DNA of 64,000 nucleotides. It comes from an uncultured bacterium. GTDB taxonomy: Bacteria > Oederibacteriota > PGYV01 > CAWJRG01. The notes below the pieces were generated by a model. It saw nothing but the letters and a program-made list of their open reading frames with translations. It had not been told where the DNA came from and made no database searches. Position numbers and translations under genes: made by a program. This document shows, piece after piece, positions 10,601 through 19,829 of this stretch. The stretch lies in assembly GCA_963845185.1 (NCBI GenBank), contig CAWJRG010000010.1, positions 576,001 to 640,000 on the forward strand. The letters are read 5' to 3'. Position 1 is the stretch's first letter. Every line of letters starts with the position of its first letter.

Positions 10601-10688
10601 GGACAGGCATGGCTTCGGCTAAAATTCTAAGCTTATCCTCGCTGTCTTTTAATTCATCTTCTGCTTTTATCGTCTCGTCTTTTCCCAT
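7635..10688 (-). CDS. Cytoplasmic PAS/GAF sensor histidine kinase
   Basis: PAS-GAF-PAS-GAF-PAS, then H-box AHELRNPL, N-box NILNNA, DNGTGI, GTGLGL. Confidence 0.92.
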   Translation of the reverse strand: MGKDETIKAEDELKDSEDKLRILAEAMPVPLNVSRVSDGIVLFVNDSYRMMFGYNDSELVGRKTVDFYCYPDERDDIVGIINNRGFIKDREVKVKHKDGTPFWISATIRTITYAGEKAYLGVYMDITERMKKREELDKLNRILKALGDSAHAMMHADHEAVYLNDVCRIIINDCGYKMAWIGFCEEDEAKSVKPAAQAGFDKGYLKTLNITWADNERGRGPTGTAIRTEETAMCRNMLTDPCFKPWRKEALERGYASSIALPLSSGDKTFGALTIYSAEPDPFSKDEVTLLEELANDLAYGITFIRMREKNKEDEEKIKKVASFPELNPNPICEIDFDGNITYSNKAFKELFLDAEQKNFSHPFFTGLVRLIKLFKEKKTRFINREIKVNQCYYAQTVVHVPDSWGLRFYGMDITSRRKAEDQFKELYDELETKVYERTADLMRVNKKLAREIKTRREVEKKNRAGNAVLALLGKALSRKEYLEDLDKLIGRLSGCENHGIRIIDKKGNIPYEAYTGFTREFWESENWLSINTDHCVCTRVMRGKLESQDRSLATKTGSFCCGDMGKFVKELTRKQASRYREACVGCGFKSLAVIPIKYNNKIIGDIHLADKRKDKITKEFVEFMETLAPLMGEGIKKFDITDDMTQTNELLKEIFSSNELLDRIFSSGDFLIAQLDTNFNYIKVNDVFAKGVNHTPDFFPGKNYFSISPGEENKAIFRKVVKTGESYFAYAKPFEYAKNYFHNQTFWNWSLQPVKGLSGETESLVLVLVDVSRWKNAEEELEKTQKELADAKHLAEIGTLASTVAHELRNPLGVINIAAYNMKKKLPDPSMHRHLENIEKKVLESNQIITNLLTYSKMKMPVYKKIGIYSIIEECVDNASKRFGSQRTRVVKKYKPIKDRFIYIDPFQMKEVFSNILNNAFQAVESKKEKGRVEIEAVIRPHGFLSVSIKDNGTGIEKENLGKIFQPFYTSRSKGTGLGLAICRELVGLHNGKIDVDSAAGKGSTFTITIPIKGKV

Positions 10689-10708
10689 TTATGCTCCGGA
10701 TGTTTTAT

Positions 10709-11476
10709 TTATTTACGTTTTTTGCCGCGTTTTTTATTTGTTTTACCCGGCTCTTTTTTGGCAACCTTGGGCTTGCCTGCGTTCCTGAATTCAGTAGGCG
10801 TCATTTTGGTGAGTTTTTTAAAGGCCCTTATAAAGGATTCCGTGTTCTGGTATCCCAGTTTGTCCGAAATCTGATTTATGTTATAGCCTTTTTTTAGGAA
10901 TTCCTTTGACCTGTCTATTTTGACTTTTGTCTTGTAATCTGAAAATCCCATGCCAGTAATCTCTTCAAAAACCCTGCTTAAATATTTCGGGCTTAAGCCC
11001 ACGACCGTTGCCGCGTCATCCAGGCTCACTTTTTTATGGAAATTCCTCTCAGCAAACCGTTTTACCCTGTCAATCTTTGACTTTATATCTCCGATTTCTG
11101 TTTTCTCGTCCCTGTCTGTACTGTCGAGCAGTTTTTCTATGATTTCCTTTGCCTCGTTTATGTTAAGGGGCTTTTCGAGAAAATCGTCTGCCCTGCCCTT
11201 TAATGCCTCGATAGCCACGTCTTTTGAGCTGTGGCCGGTCAGCATGACTATTTTCATGGCCGGCTCAATTCTTTTGATTTCGGTGAGGACTTCGGTCCCG
11301 CTTGCGCCGGGCATCATGACGTCTAGCAGCACCAGGTCTATTTCGTTCGGCTTTTTTATTATCTCGAGAGCCCTTTCCCCGCTTGGCGCGTGCACAAATT
11401 CATAATCGTCGAACGATTCAGCCAGTTCTTCCCTGAAATCCGCGTCGTCGTCCACCAGCAAAATTTGATAAGGCAT
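10709..11476 (-). CDS. Response regulator with AraC-type HTH output domain
   Basis: LLDVMMPG receiver; LSPKYLSRVF and LGYQNTESFIRAFKK...TPTEFR; GGAGG RBS. Confidence 0.9.
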   Translation of the reverse strand: MPYQILLVDDDADFREELAESFDDYEFVHAPSGERALEIIKKPNEIDLVLLDVMMPGASGTEVLTEIKRIEPAMKIVMLTGHSSKDVAIEALKGRADDFLEKPLNINEAKEIIEKLLDSTDRDEKTEIGDIKSKIDRVKRFAERNFHKKVSLDDAATVVGLSPKYLSRVFEEITGMGFSDYKTKVKIDRSKEFLKKGYNINQISDKLGYQNTESFIRAFKKLTKMTPTEFRNAGKPKVAKKEPGKTNKKRGKKRK

Positions 11477-11667
11477 GTCTGCACCTCCAAAAATAAGTTT
11501 CAAGTTGAAAGTTTTAAAACATTAAACATTTAACTTCAAACATTAAACTTTTTCTATAGTTTATACCAATTTTTATAGCTTTTAACAACTTTTTTCTTGT
11601 TTAGACTGACTTTTTTCTACCTTTGTAACGCCAAAATTATTGCCGGCGCCTATAATCAGGTAAGTCA

Positions 11668-11736
11668 AAACCCCCTATCCCCCTTTGTTAAAAGGGGATG
11701 TTCCCCTCCTTAACAAGGAGGGGTTAGGGGAGGTTT
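11668..11736. repeat. REP-like double-hairpin element
   Basis: CCCCTTT-GTTA-AAAGGGG and CCCCTCCTT-AAC-AAGGAGGGG hairpins; related copy at 55498-55529. Confidence 0.65.
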
Positions 11737-11757
11737 GTTACAGCTGATTAATCATTC

Positions 11758-11786
11758 TTGACTTTTATATTCTATAAATATATGCT
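11758..11786 (+). promoter_or_regulatory. Putative copZA promoter
   Basis: TTGACT-17bp-TATGCT. Confidence 0.55.
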
Positions 11787-11814
11787 TAAACCATAAAATA
11801 AAAGGCGGTGATTT

Positions 11815-12021
11815 ATGAAAACTGTAAAGATAAACACCTCAGGCATGCATTGCGAATCCTGCGAGCAGCTTGTGCAGGAGTCTGTCTTAGAGCTTCCCGG
11901 AATTAAAAAGGTGAAAGCCAGCCATAAAAAGGCTGTGGTTGAAGTTTCTTTTGACAAAACCAAAACAACCCTTGATGATATCAAGAAAGCTATAAAAGAA
12001 GCCGGGTATACGCCGGAATAA
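11815..12021 (+). CDS. copZ: Copper chaperone (HMA domain)
   Basis: GMHCESC, AGY; overlaps the copA start. Confidence 0.88.
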   Translation: MKTVKINTSGMHCESCEQLVQESVLELPGIKKVKASHKKAVVEVSFDKTKTTLDDIKKAIKEAGYTPE

Positions 12022-14171
12022 TGGACAACCAAATGGTCCGCAGAGATTTCAAAATAAAGGGCATGCACTGCGCGAGCTGCGTGCTTTTGATAGAAAAAAC
12101 CGTTAAAAAACAGCCCGGTGTAAGTGACGTTGTCGTAAACCTCACCACTGAAAACGCCACTGTCCATTACGACCCTGAACTGGCGGATGACAAAAAAATA
12201 ATCAGAGCCATCCAGAGCAAAGGCTATAAAGTTGTAAAAGACGAGCCAAACCTGAAGCAAAAAGAAATCCTGGAACTAAAAATAAAGCTCATTGCATGTA
12301 TAATATTGTCTACTCCTGTCTTTATATTAAGCATGTTTGTAAAGGAAACCTCCCTCCCTTTCCAGCCTTATATAATATGGATACTGGCTACGCCGGTACA
12401 GTTTATAATCGGTTGGCAGTTTTACAGGAACTTTTTTGGGGCGCTTAAAAGCTTTTCCGCGGACATGGACACCCTGATAGCTCTCGGCACAAGCGCTGCT
12501 TATTTTTACAGCGTGTACCTTGTCCTCGCCGGCCATCCCGGCCATCTTTATTTTGAAACTTCCTCGGTTTTGATAACCATAATAATCCTGGGCAGGTTCC
12601 TCGAGGAAAACGCCAAAGCAAGGACTTCAAGCGCCATAAAAAAACTTATGGAACTCGCGCCAAAGCAGGCGAATGTGATAAGGGATGGCAGAGAAATTAT
12701 ACTGCCGATAAATGAAATTATTAAAGGCGATATAGTATCCATTAAACCCGGCGAAAAAATTCCTGTTGATGGAGCAATAACCGAAGGTTTTTCGTCAATT
12801 GACGAAAGCATGCTGACAGGAGAGTCCATGCCTGTCGAAAAAAAACCTGACAGTAAAGTCATTGCCGGCTCCATAAACAAACTCGGCTCTTTCAGGTTCC
12901 AAGCCGAAAAGGTCGGGAACGAAACCGTGCTTGCCCAGATTATAAAGTTAATAGAAGATGCCCAGGGCTCAAAAGCTCCTATACAGAGGTTTGCCGACGT
13001 GGTAGCTTCGTATTTCGTGCCGGTTGTAATAATAATATCGCTCGTTGTTTTCCTGTCGTGGTTTTATTTTGCGCATGCAGGGTTCGCGAAATCCCTGATT
13101 GCCTGCGTGTCAGTGCTGGTCATTGCCTGCCCGTGCGCGCTCGGCCTTGCGACTCCTACGGCAATAATGGTTGCCTCGGGCAAGGGCGCTGAAAACGGGA
13201 TATTGATTAAAGAAGGCTCGGCACTTGAACTTGCACAGAAAATCAAATATATTGTTTTTGACAAAACAGGGACGATAACAAGCGGAAGAATGGAAATTAC
13301 TGACGAGACCGCGGCTCACGGTATCAGCGTAGACAGCGTTTTTCAGATAGCAGCGTCCCTGGAAAAAAAATCAGAGCATTCACTTGCCGAGGCTGTCTTA
13401 AAAAAAGCAAAACAAAAAAATATCAGTTTGATTGATGTTTCCGATTTTGAGGCAATGCCAGGCCATGGCATAAAGGGAAAAATTTCCGGCAAAAACTACA
13501 CTCTTACAAGCGTAAAATTCGCGTCAGCCATGGCCGGGATAAACTCTTTCGTATACGATATTGAAAAATTCGCTTTACAGGGCAAGACAGTGCTTGTGCT
13601 GTCTGAAGAAAATAATGCAATAGGTATACTTGCCGCCCTTGACAGGCCCAGGGAAAACTCAAAAAATGCGGTGCAGTTCCTTAAGAATCTCGGCATGGAA
13701 ATATACATGATAACGGGCGACAACGAAACAACAGCAAAGGCAATCGCGGCCTATGCGGGCATCGGAAACATAATGGCAGGCGTCCTGCCGCAGGATAAGG
13801 CTGCAAAAATAAAAGAGCTTCAGCAAAAAGGAATAACCGCAATGGTGGGTGACGGCATAAATGACGCACCAGCCCTGGCGCAGGCAGATGTAGGTTTTGC
13901 TTTTTCATCAGGGACAGACGTGGCAATGGAAGCAGGCAATATAGTACTAATGAAAAATGATGTCATGGATGTTTACCGGGCTGTAAAATTAAGCAGGCTA
14001 ACTATGGCAAAAATAAAGCAGAACATGTTCTGGGCTTTGTTTTATAACGCAGCTGCAATCCCGTTTGCCGCTCTTGGCTTTTTAAACCCAATTATAGCCG
14101 GCAGCGCCATGGCTCTGAGCTCGGTGTCCGTAGTGTTCAATTCTTTATTGCTAAAAAGAGAAAAATTATAA
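12021..14171 (+). CDS. copA: Cu(I)-translocating P1B-type ATPase
   Basis: GMHCASC, TGES, CPC, DKTGT, GDGIND, YN and MALSS motifs. Confidence 0.95.
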   Translation: MDNQMVRRDFKIKGMHCASCVLLIEKTVKKQPGVSDVVVNLTTENATVHYDPELADDKKIIRAIQSKGYKVVKDEPNLKQKEILELKIKLIACIILSTPVFILSMFVKETSLPFQPYIIWILATPVQFIIGWQFYRNFFGALKSFSADMDTLIALGTSAAYFYSVYLVLAGHPGHLYFETSSVLITIIILGRFLEENAKARTSSAIKKLMELAPKQANVIRDGREIILPINEIIKGDIVSIKPGEKIPVDGAITEGFSSIDESMLTGESMPVEKKPDSKVIAGSINKLGSFRFQAEKVGNETVLAQIIKLIEDAQGSKAPIQRFADVVASYFVPVVIIISLVVFLSWFYFAHAGFAKSLIACVSVLVIACPCALGLATPTAIMVASGKGAENGILIKEGSALELAQKIKYIVFDKTGTITSGRMEITDETAAHGISVDSVFQIAASLEKKSEHSLAEAVLKKAKQKNISLIDVSDFEAMPGHGIKGKISGKNYTLTSVKFASAMAGINSFVYDIEKFALQGKTVLVLSEENNAIGILAALDRPRENSKNAVQFLKNLGMEIYMITGDNETTAKAIAAYAGIGNIMAGVLPQDKAAKIKELQQKGITAMVGDGINDAPALAQADVGFAFSSGTDVAMEAGNIVLMKNDVMDVYRAVKLSRLTMAKIKQNMFWALFYNAAAIPFAALGFLNPIIAGSAMALSSVSVVFNSLLLKREKL

Positions 14172-14174
14172 AAG

Positions 14175-15011
14175 TTGACTTTGGAAAGCCGTAAAGCGTA
14201 TAATTCAGAACTACAATTGCATATATATCCGGAAAACTCCGGGATAAACAGCGGGTTTTCATGGGAAATAAAAAAACGGCGGTACAATGATATGCCAATG
14301 GAATTTGCCAACAATAAAGTATATAAAAACTGGCTTTTAAACTCATCAGACGTTTTTTACCTGAAATATGTCGTTGATGTGAAAAAATTGCTTAAAAAAG
14401 GCAACAAATTCCTTGACATGGGTTGCGGTACCGGCAATGTAATCAAGCTGCTGGCAAAAGAGTGCCCGGCGGAAAGCCTTTACGGGGTCGATATCAGCGA
14501 ATTTTTCATCAACGAGCTTAAGCCTTTTTTTAACGTAAGCCGTTATGACGGAGAAAAACTTCCGTTTGGCGACGGGTATTTCGATATAACCGGCTCATTT
14601 ACTGTCCTCGAGCACGTGGAAAAGCCATACCTTTTCCTCGAGGAAAAAATCAGGGTCACAAAAAAAGGCGGCTATATAATAATTGCCTGCCCGAATTTTT
14701 TAAGCCCGTTTAACAGCGTGAGGGGATATACAGCAAAAGAAAAATTTGCCAGGCAGGTTAAGTACCTGGCGGGCGGGAAACTGGAAATGAACGCGCCTAT
14801 TATCCGTGAAGTCTTCAAGTCCGACGATGACGCGATAGTTGTTTCCAACCTGGCTCCGGTAATGTCCTTCCTGAAGCAGAAAAAATTAAGAATAATTCAT
14901 GTTTCAGGCATAATGTCCGGGCAGAACCGGATTATTTCGTTTATTGCCAGGATTTCGGGAATCAGGCTTTTGCTCCCGTCCGTTTACATAATCGCGGAAA
15001 AAACTTTTTAA
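14175..15011 (+). CDS. Class I SAM-dependent methyltransferase
   Basis: FLDMGCGTG, GVDIS, LPF.DG.FD, VLEH; start uncertain. Confidence 0.85.
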   Translation: MTLESRKAYNSELQLHIYPENSGINSGFSWEIKKRRYNDMPMEFANNKVYKNWLLNSSDVFYLKYVVDVKKLLKKGNKFLDMGCGTGNVIKLLAKECPAESLYGVDISEFFINELKPFFNVSRYDGEKLPFGDGYFDITGSFTVLEHVEKPYLFLEEKIRVTKKGGYIIIACPNFLSPFNSVRGYTAKEKFARQVKYLAGGKLEMNAPIIREVFKSDDDAIVVSNLAPVMSFLKQKKLRIIHVSGIMSGQNRIISFIARISGIRLLLPSVYIIAEKTF

Positions 15012-15016
15012 CCCTT

Positions 15017-15169
15017 CTACTTCCTCGAACTCCCCGAAGAACAGCTTTTGCATGAAGTATGCCTGCTCCCGCACTGGCGGCAGAACCGTGCCCCGCAGTT
15101 TTTACAGATATAAGCTTTTTCATGTTTATTGATTTTTTTACCGCAATTTTCGCATGTATCATGTTTCAT
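15017..15169 (-). CDS. 50-aa Cys-rich zinc-finger-like protein
   Basis: Four CxxC pairs plus His; AAGGAG RBS before ATG 15169. Confidence 0.6.
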   Translation of the reverse strand: MKHDTCENCGKKINKHEKAYICKNCGARFCRQCGSRHTSCKSCSSGSSRK

Positions 15170-15227
15170 AAGAGATGTCTCCTTAGAATCCGTTGATTTT
15201 ATCCTTTGCGTACTTTGTTTTGATAAA

Positions 15228-15530
15228 TTATTCGGTCCCGAGGTACTTTTCAAAATCTTCCTTGTCCCAGTTCAGCTGCGTGCCTGCTGCCTGGAGTGCC
15301 GAAATAAGCAGCGCTTCAGATATTTCCTGTTTGGTCGCTCCGGCTTCCAGCGCTTTTTCGATATGGTCTACTGTGCAGTGCCTGCACCTGAAAACTGAAG
15401 CCAGCGCCAGCCTGAGAAGCTCCCTCGTCTTGGTGTCTAATACACTTTTTTGACCCACTGTCAAAGAAAAATGCTGGTACGCGGCTCCTATGGTTGTGTG
15501 TTTCATATACCATGGTTTTTCATCTTCCAT
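15228..15530 (-). CDS. Carboxymuconolactone decarboxylase/AhpD-like protein
   Basis: LDTKTRELL.LA...CRHCTVDH...GATKQEI. Confidence 0.85.
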   Translation of the reverse strand: MEDEKPWYMKHTTIGAAYQHFSLTVGQKSVLDTKTRELLRLALASVFRCRHCTVDHIEKALEAGATKQEISEALLISALQAAGTQLNWDKEDFEKYLGTE

Positions 15531-15636
15531 TTTTTATCACTCCTTTTCAATTTTCAGATAATTTAATATTTGCCCTTATTGTTTTCTGCTGATTTTGAAC
15601 CATAAAACTGCTGCGGCAGCTATAGCAAGTAATTTT

Positions 15637-16065
15637 TTAAATATTGCTAGCATGTAACTGTGACTTCCCATCTATGTACGACGCCAATTTTAAATCGTTC
15701 ATTCTTATATGGCGTATAAACCAGTCCCCAATATTTTCCTTGAATTCAACAGCGCATTCAGTCCCGGCCTCCCCTTTTAAAACTTTATTTGCAAGGGTCT
15801 GGAATTCCTTCATAAAGCTCTCATGAAGCCTTTTATGGCCGTCAGTGTCAGGGTAGTCGGAATTGTCCATATATTTTTCCTCGGTTGAAAAATGACGGAT
15901 GGCTTCGTTTTTAAACCTTTTCAGCAGGTCAATTGTGTAATCTTTTTTTTCATTTAAACCCATTGATTCGATAATATCCGAAACACGCGTTATGAGCTCT
16001 TTATGCTGTTCGTCAAGAATCTTTATCCCGAGTTTCAGGTCTTTTGTCCATATTATTTTCTCCAT
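15637..16065 (-). CDS. Bacteriohemerythrin
   Basis: W...LDEQH, HFSTEE, HKRLH, HIRMND ligand pattern. Confidence 0.9.
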   Translation of the reverse strand: MEKIIWTKDLKLGIKILDEQHKELITRVSDIIESMGLNEKKDYTIDLLKRFKNEAIRHFSTEEKYMDNSDYPDTDGHKRLHESFMKEFQTLANKVLKGEAGTECAVEFKENIGDWFIRHIRMNDLKLASYIDGKSQLHASNI

Positions 16066-16200
16066 AATATTTGCCTCCTAAAAAAATCAATATTCGTTAT
16101 TTCTTCATATTGAAATTTTATATCCTGGCATGGAAATTTGGAATTACCGGTTTCCGCTTTTCTTTGATTTATATCTGTAAACGGTTTTAAACGCGGCAGA

Positions 16201-17232
16201 TTAAAGGCAGTCCGTTATTATATTTTTATATTCTTCATTCCCCATTATTTCATTGCATAATTCGCATATAAATGAATATTTCTTGTAAGGATCCAAAATA
16301 ATTCTTTTTTTATTTAAATTTTCGCGCAAGCCTCTGGGCCCGGAATTCGCCAGTATGGTAAAAAGCTTGTTTTTCTTTGCCCTGTCTACAACATCACTGA
16401 CGCTTTCCCTGCTTAAATCCCCTATTATGTAATCATTCAGGAACCCGTTTCCGTTTCCGCAGCAAACCCTCACTTTAAAATCCGGTTCAACCCACAGATA
16501 GCCAACGCCTTTTGGCCCGAGGCATGCTTTATCCGGCACGTCCTGCATGAGAACCTCATAATCGTACAGTTCTTCCCGCGCCGGCCTTGTCGGGTGCCAT
16601 GTGCCGAATTTTATCTTATGCCCATCTATGTAAATTTTTTTATTTTTGGCATCAAGCCACGCATCTTTAATGCCGTAATTTTTTAATTTCTCAAAATAAT
16701 TGTCATATAATTCAAATATCTTCTTTAAATCATAAAAACTCGAACCTATTGTGAGGGTTTCCAAAGGGAAATATTTTGAATAAATAGCCGTAAAAACAGC
16801 AGGCCATTCTATTGGTATATTGCCGTTATGGTACGGGTCAATGCTTATCCTGAACCCTGCTGTATAATTTATTTTCTTAAGCTCGCTGAAAAGCCATTCT
16901 GTTTTTCTATCATCTTTTCCTATATAGGCGTTTGTGGGCGGTTTATTTACCCTGATGGCTAGCTTTTGCGCGTGTGGTATTATGGTTAGCATAAACTCAG
17001 GGTACATTGTGGGTTCCCCGCCTGTTATTTGCATGGAATGCATTCCCATTTTTTTTGCTTCACGCAGGATTTCTATTGCGCGGCTTATATCCATGTTTTT
17101 CCCCATGTCATGGATTGTAAAATCTATATTGCAGTGCCTGCACATGCCCGTGCAGTTGTAGGTAGGTATGAATACAATGCCTTTGGGGGTGTAGGTATTG
17201 TTGGTTTTGGCTGGATTTTTCTGCGGGTTCAT
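16201..17232 (-). CDS. Radical SAM protein with C-terminal Cys (SPASM/twitch-like) region
   Basis: CTGMCRHC, TGGEP, distal C...CC...CELC. Confidence 0.85.
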   Translation of the reverse strand: MNPQKNPAKTNNTYTPKGIVFIPTYNCTGMCRHCNIDFTIHDMGKNMDISRAIEILREAKKMGMHSMQITGGEPTMYPEFMLTIIPHAQKLAIRVNKPPTNAYIGKDDRKTEWLFSELKKINYTAGFRISIDPYHNGNIPIEWPAVFTAIYSKYFPLETLTIGSSFYDLKKIFELYDNYFEKLKNYGIKDAWLDAKNKKIYIDGHKIKFGTWHPTRPAREELYDYEVLMQDVPDKACLGPKGVGYLWVEPDFKVRVCCGNGNGFLNDYIIGDLSRESVSDVVDRAKKNKLFTILANSGPRGLRENLNKKRIILDPYKKYSFICELCNEIMGNEEYKNIITDCL

Positions 17233-17275
17233 AAAATTAAGGTTTGATTTTTTTATTTCTGGATTTCAAAACCAA

Positions 17276-18484
17276 TTATACTTTCTCATAAGGGTCAAAA
17301 AGCCTTTTATATTCCTCAAGTATTGCCCTGTCAGTCATGCCGGCTATGTAGTCGCATATTACCCTTTTTAGGGAATCCTTTTCCAGGCGTTTCCTGATAT
17401 TTTCAGGCAATATTGACGAAGATGCGCCGTGTTTGTCTTTTATTATTGCCCTGCTTTCATATATTTTAAACAGTTCTTTTATTACCCTGTATGCCTTATC
17501 CTCCATCCTGATGACTTTATAATGCTTGTAAAGGTTTTTATAAAGAAAATCCTTGATGTCTTTGTGCATTTCTTCGGTTTTTTTGTCAAAAACAGCAAGG
17601 TTTTTTTTGTGCTTTCTCACTTTTTCCACAGAATCTATTTTATGCTGCTCGATATTTTTAAATGTATTGTTTGTCAGGTTTGTAACCTGTATGTTAATAA
17701 GTGCCCTTGTAATATTATATTTTTTCATATCAAGCGACAGTGTCACAAATTTTTTCATATCGATTGTTTTTTCAATTTCTCCCCATATCAGTGTCTTTTT
17801 CAGGTCCTCAACTTCCAAAATACCGGATGTTATGCCGTCATCCACGTCGTGTGAATTATAGGCGATTTCATCGGCGATGTTTACGACTTGGCCCTCGAGC
17901 GTAGCCTTCAACTCAAGCTCATACTCCTTATAATCTTTATAAACCGGCGAGTCGTAGGATGTCTTATGCTTTACCATTCCCTCCCGCAGCTCCCATGAAA
18001 GGTTTAATCCCGGGAAATCCGGATATTTTTCCTCCAGTTCCTCAAGCACGCGTAAACCCTGTATGTTATGCTCAAACCCGCCCTCGTCTTTTGTAAGCTC
18101 ATTCAAAGTTGCTTCGCCGGAATGCCCGAAAGGCGTGTGGCCTATATCGTGAGCCAGGGCTATTGACTCTGTAAGTTCTTCGTTCAGACGTAGTGTTTTT
18201 GCTATGCTTCGCGCTATCTGCGCAACTTCGTTGGTATGTGTAAGCCTTGTCCTGTAATAATCACCTTCATGGTTAACGAATACCTGGGTTTTGTATTCCA
18301 GTTTCCTGAAAGCGGTCGAATGTATTATCCTGTCCCTGTCGCGGCCGTAAACCGAGCGGAAAGGATGCTCCTTTTCCGGGTATTTCCGGCCTTTTGTGTA
18401 TTTGCTCTTCATGGCATAAGGCGCAAGCATTTTTTCCTCAAATTCCTCAAGCTTTTGCCTTGTCAATAAAAATACGTTCTCCAT
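17276..18484 (-). CDS. dgt: Deoxyguanosinetriphosphate triphosphohydrolase
   Basis: RDRDRIIHS.AFRKL..KTQV, RTRLTH, HDIGH.PFGH, DYIAGMTD. Confidence 0.95.
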   Translation of the reverse strand: MENVFLLTRQKLEEFEEKMLAPYAMKSKYTKGRKYPEKEHPFRSVYGRDRDRIIHSTAFRKLEYKTQVFVNHEGDYYRTRLTHTNEVAQIARSIAKTLRLNEELTESIALAHDIGHTPFGHSGEATLNELTKDEGGFEHNIQGLRVLEELEEKYPDFPGLNLSWELREGMVKHKTSYDSPVYKDYKEYELELKATLEGQVVNIADEIAYNSHDVDDGITSGILEVEDLKKTLIWGEIEKTIDMKKFVTLSLDMKKYNITRALINIQVTNLTNNTFKNIEQHKIDSVEKVRKHKKNLAVFDKKTEEMHKDIKDFLYKNLYKHYKVIRMEDKAYRVIKELFKIYESRAIIKDKHGASSSILPENIRKRLEKDSLKRVICDYIAGMTDRAILEEYKRLFDPYEKV

Positions 18485-19810
18485 TTAATCCCCTGATTTT
18501 AACGTGGTATTCGGTATAATGTATTCCATAAATAAATCCTTAAGGCGTTTTGAATAATCGCCTTTTGCCGCAAGTTTTTCAATTCTTTTCAGCAAATCGG
18601 AAAATACCGCGTCTTTTATTTCCATGTTTGTGGCGACTTCCACCGCCACCAGCCTCTCTTCGAAAATTTCCCTTAGTGCCTTGAAGAATCTTTTTGCCTT
18701 GTCGCCCTCGGCGCCGGTCATGGCATTGAAGTTGGATATTACCCTGGGTATTTCAAACATCGCGTCCTGACGCGTATTGCCGTCCTTATCCTGAAAAGCC
18801 TTCTTCAGAACATCCTTGTTTTTTGTTGCAGCAGCATCAGCGGCTTTTAAAAAAAGTGCCTCTGCTTTCTTCCTGTCCGTCCTGGCGGCAAAAAGTTCAA
18901 AAAAAACTTTCTGGGTTTCCTCAAAAAGACCTATCAGGCTGGTTTTCTCTTCGTTGGCTAATTTAAGTTCCGTAAGCTCACTTTGCAGTATTTCGCTTTC
19001 CTTTTTAACCTCATCTAGTTTGCTTAATATAGCCTGCCTTTTGCGTTTTCTTTCCTCTTCGATTTCCGTCAGGAGCTGTTCCTTCATTTTTTCTCTTAAC
19101 TCGGATTCCTGTTGCGTCCTTTTTTCGTCCTCGGCCTTTTTAAGTTCAAAGAGCTGTTTGAGTATCGCTTCTTTTTTTTGCTTTTCCTGCTCTTCCATTT
19201 CTTTTTTTAGCTCATCTTTTATAATATCTTTAAGCTCGCTTTCTTCCTTTGCCCTTTTATCATCTTCCAATTGTTTTAAGACCTGCAGTTGTTTAAGTAT
19301 TCCTTCTTTTTTCCGTTTTTCTTCTTCCTCAAGCTCTTTTCTTATTTTTAACTCGATTTCTTTACGGCTTTCCTCGGCCTTTTTCCTTGCTTCTGCCTCT
19401 ATCTTTTCCTTCATTTCCTTTTCCAGTTTAGCCCTGATTTCAGCTTCTATCCTTGCTCTCATTTCCTCCTCGGTTGTTGTTTCTACTGTATCTCTTTTTT
19501 GCATGGCGTTTTCTTTTTCTATCATTTCATCGGTCTTCTCCTGTATTTCGATATTAATAAGCTTTTCTTTTTCTTCCTGCGTTTCTATTTCCATTGCTTT
19601 TTCCAGTTCTTTCATTACTTCTTTTTCCATGCCGCCCTGCATTTCTTTCTCCATTACTTCCTTAATTTCTTCAGCAAGCTGCTGCTCAACTTCTTCTTTA
19701 ACTTCTTTTTCCATGGCCTTATTAAGTCTTTGGCGTTCTTCCTCAAACTCTCGCAGGAGCTGTTCTTCTTCTTCTGTCAATTTTCCTGTTTGTCCAAATT
19801 CATTGGCCAT
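18485..19810 (-). CDS. Unknown coiled-coil protein, paralogue 1 (441 aa)
   Basis: E/K/R-rich helical repeats; N-terminal motif and C-terminal domain shared with the two neighbours. Confidence 0.85.
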   Translation of the reverse strand: MANEFGQTGKLTEEEEQLLREFEEERQRLNKAMEKEVKEEVEQQLAEEIKEVMEKEMQGGMEKEVMKELEKAMEIETQEEKEKLINIEIQEKTDEMIEKENAMQKRDTVETTTEEEMRARIEAEIRAKLEKEMKEKIEAEARKKAEESRKEIELKIRKELEEEEKRKKEGILKQLQVLKQLEDDKRAKEESELKDIIKDELKKEMEEQEKQKKEAILKQLFELKKAEDEKRTQQESELREKMKEQLLTEIEEERKRKRQAILSKLDEVKKESEILQSELTELKLANEEKTSLIGLFEETQKVFFELFAARTDRKKAEALFLKAADAAATKNKDVLKKAFQDKDGNTRQDAMFEIPRVISNFNAMTGAEGDKAKRFFKALREIFEERLVAVEVATNMEIKDAVFSDLLKRIEKLAAKGDYSKRLKDLFMEYIIPNTTLKSGD

Positions 19811-19829
19811 ATTTATCCCTCAATTTTGT

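Noticed and set aside
16201..18484. Anti-phage dGTPase plus viperin-like defence locus
   Set aside because: dgt looks like the ordinary housekeeping type, and I cannot see viperin-specific features in the radical SAM protein.
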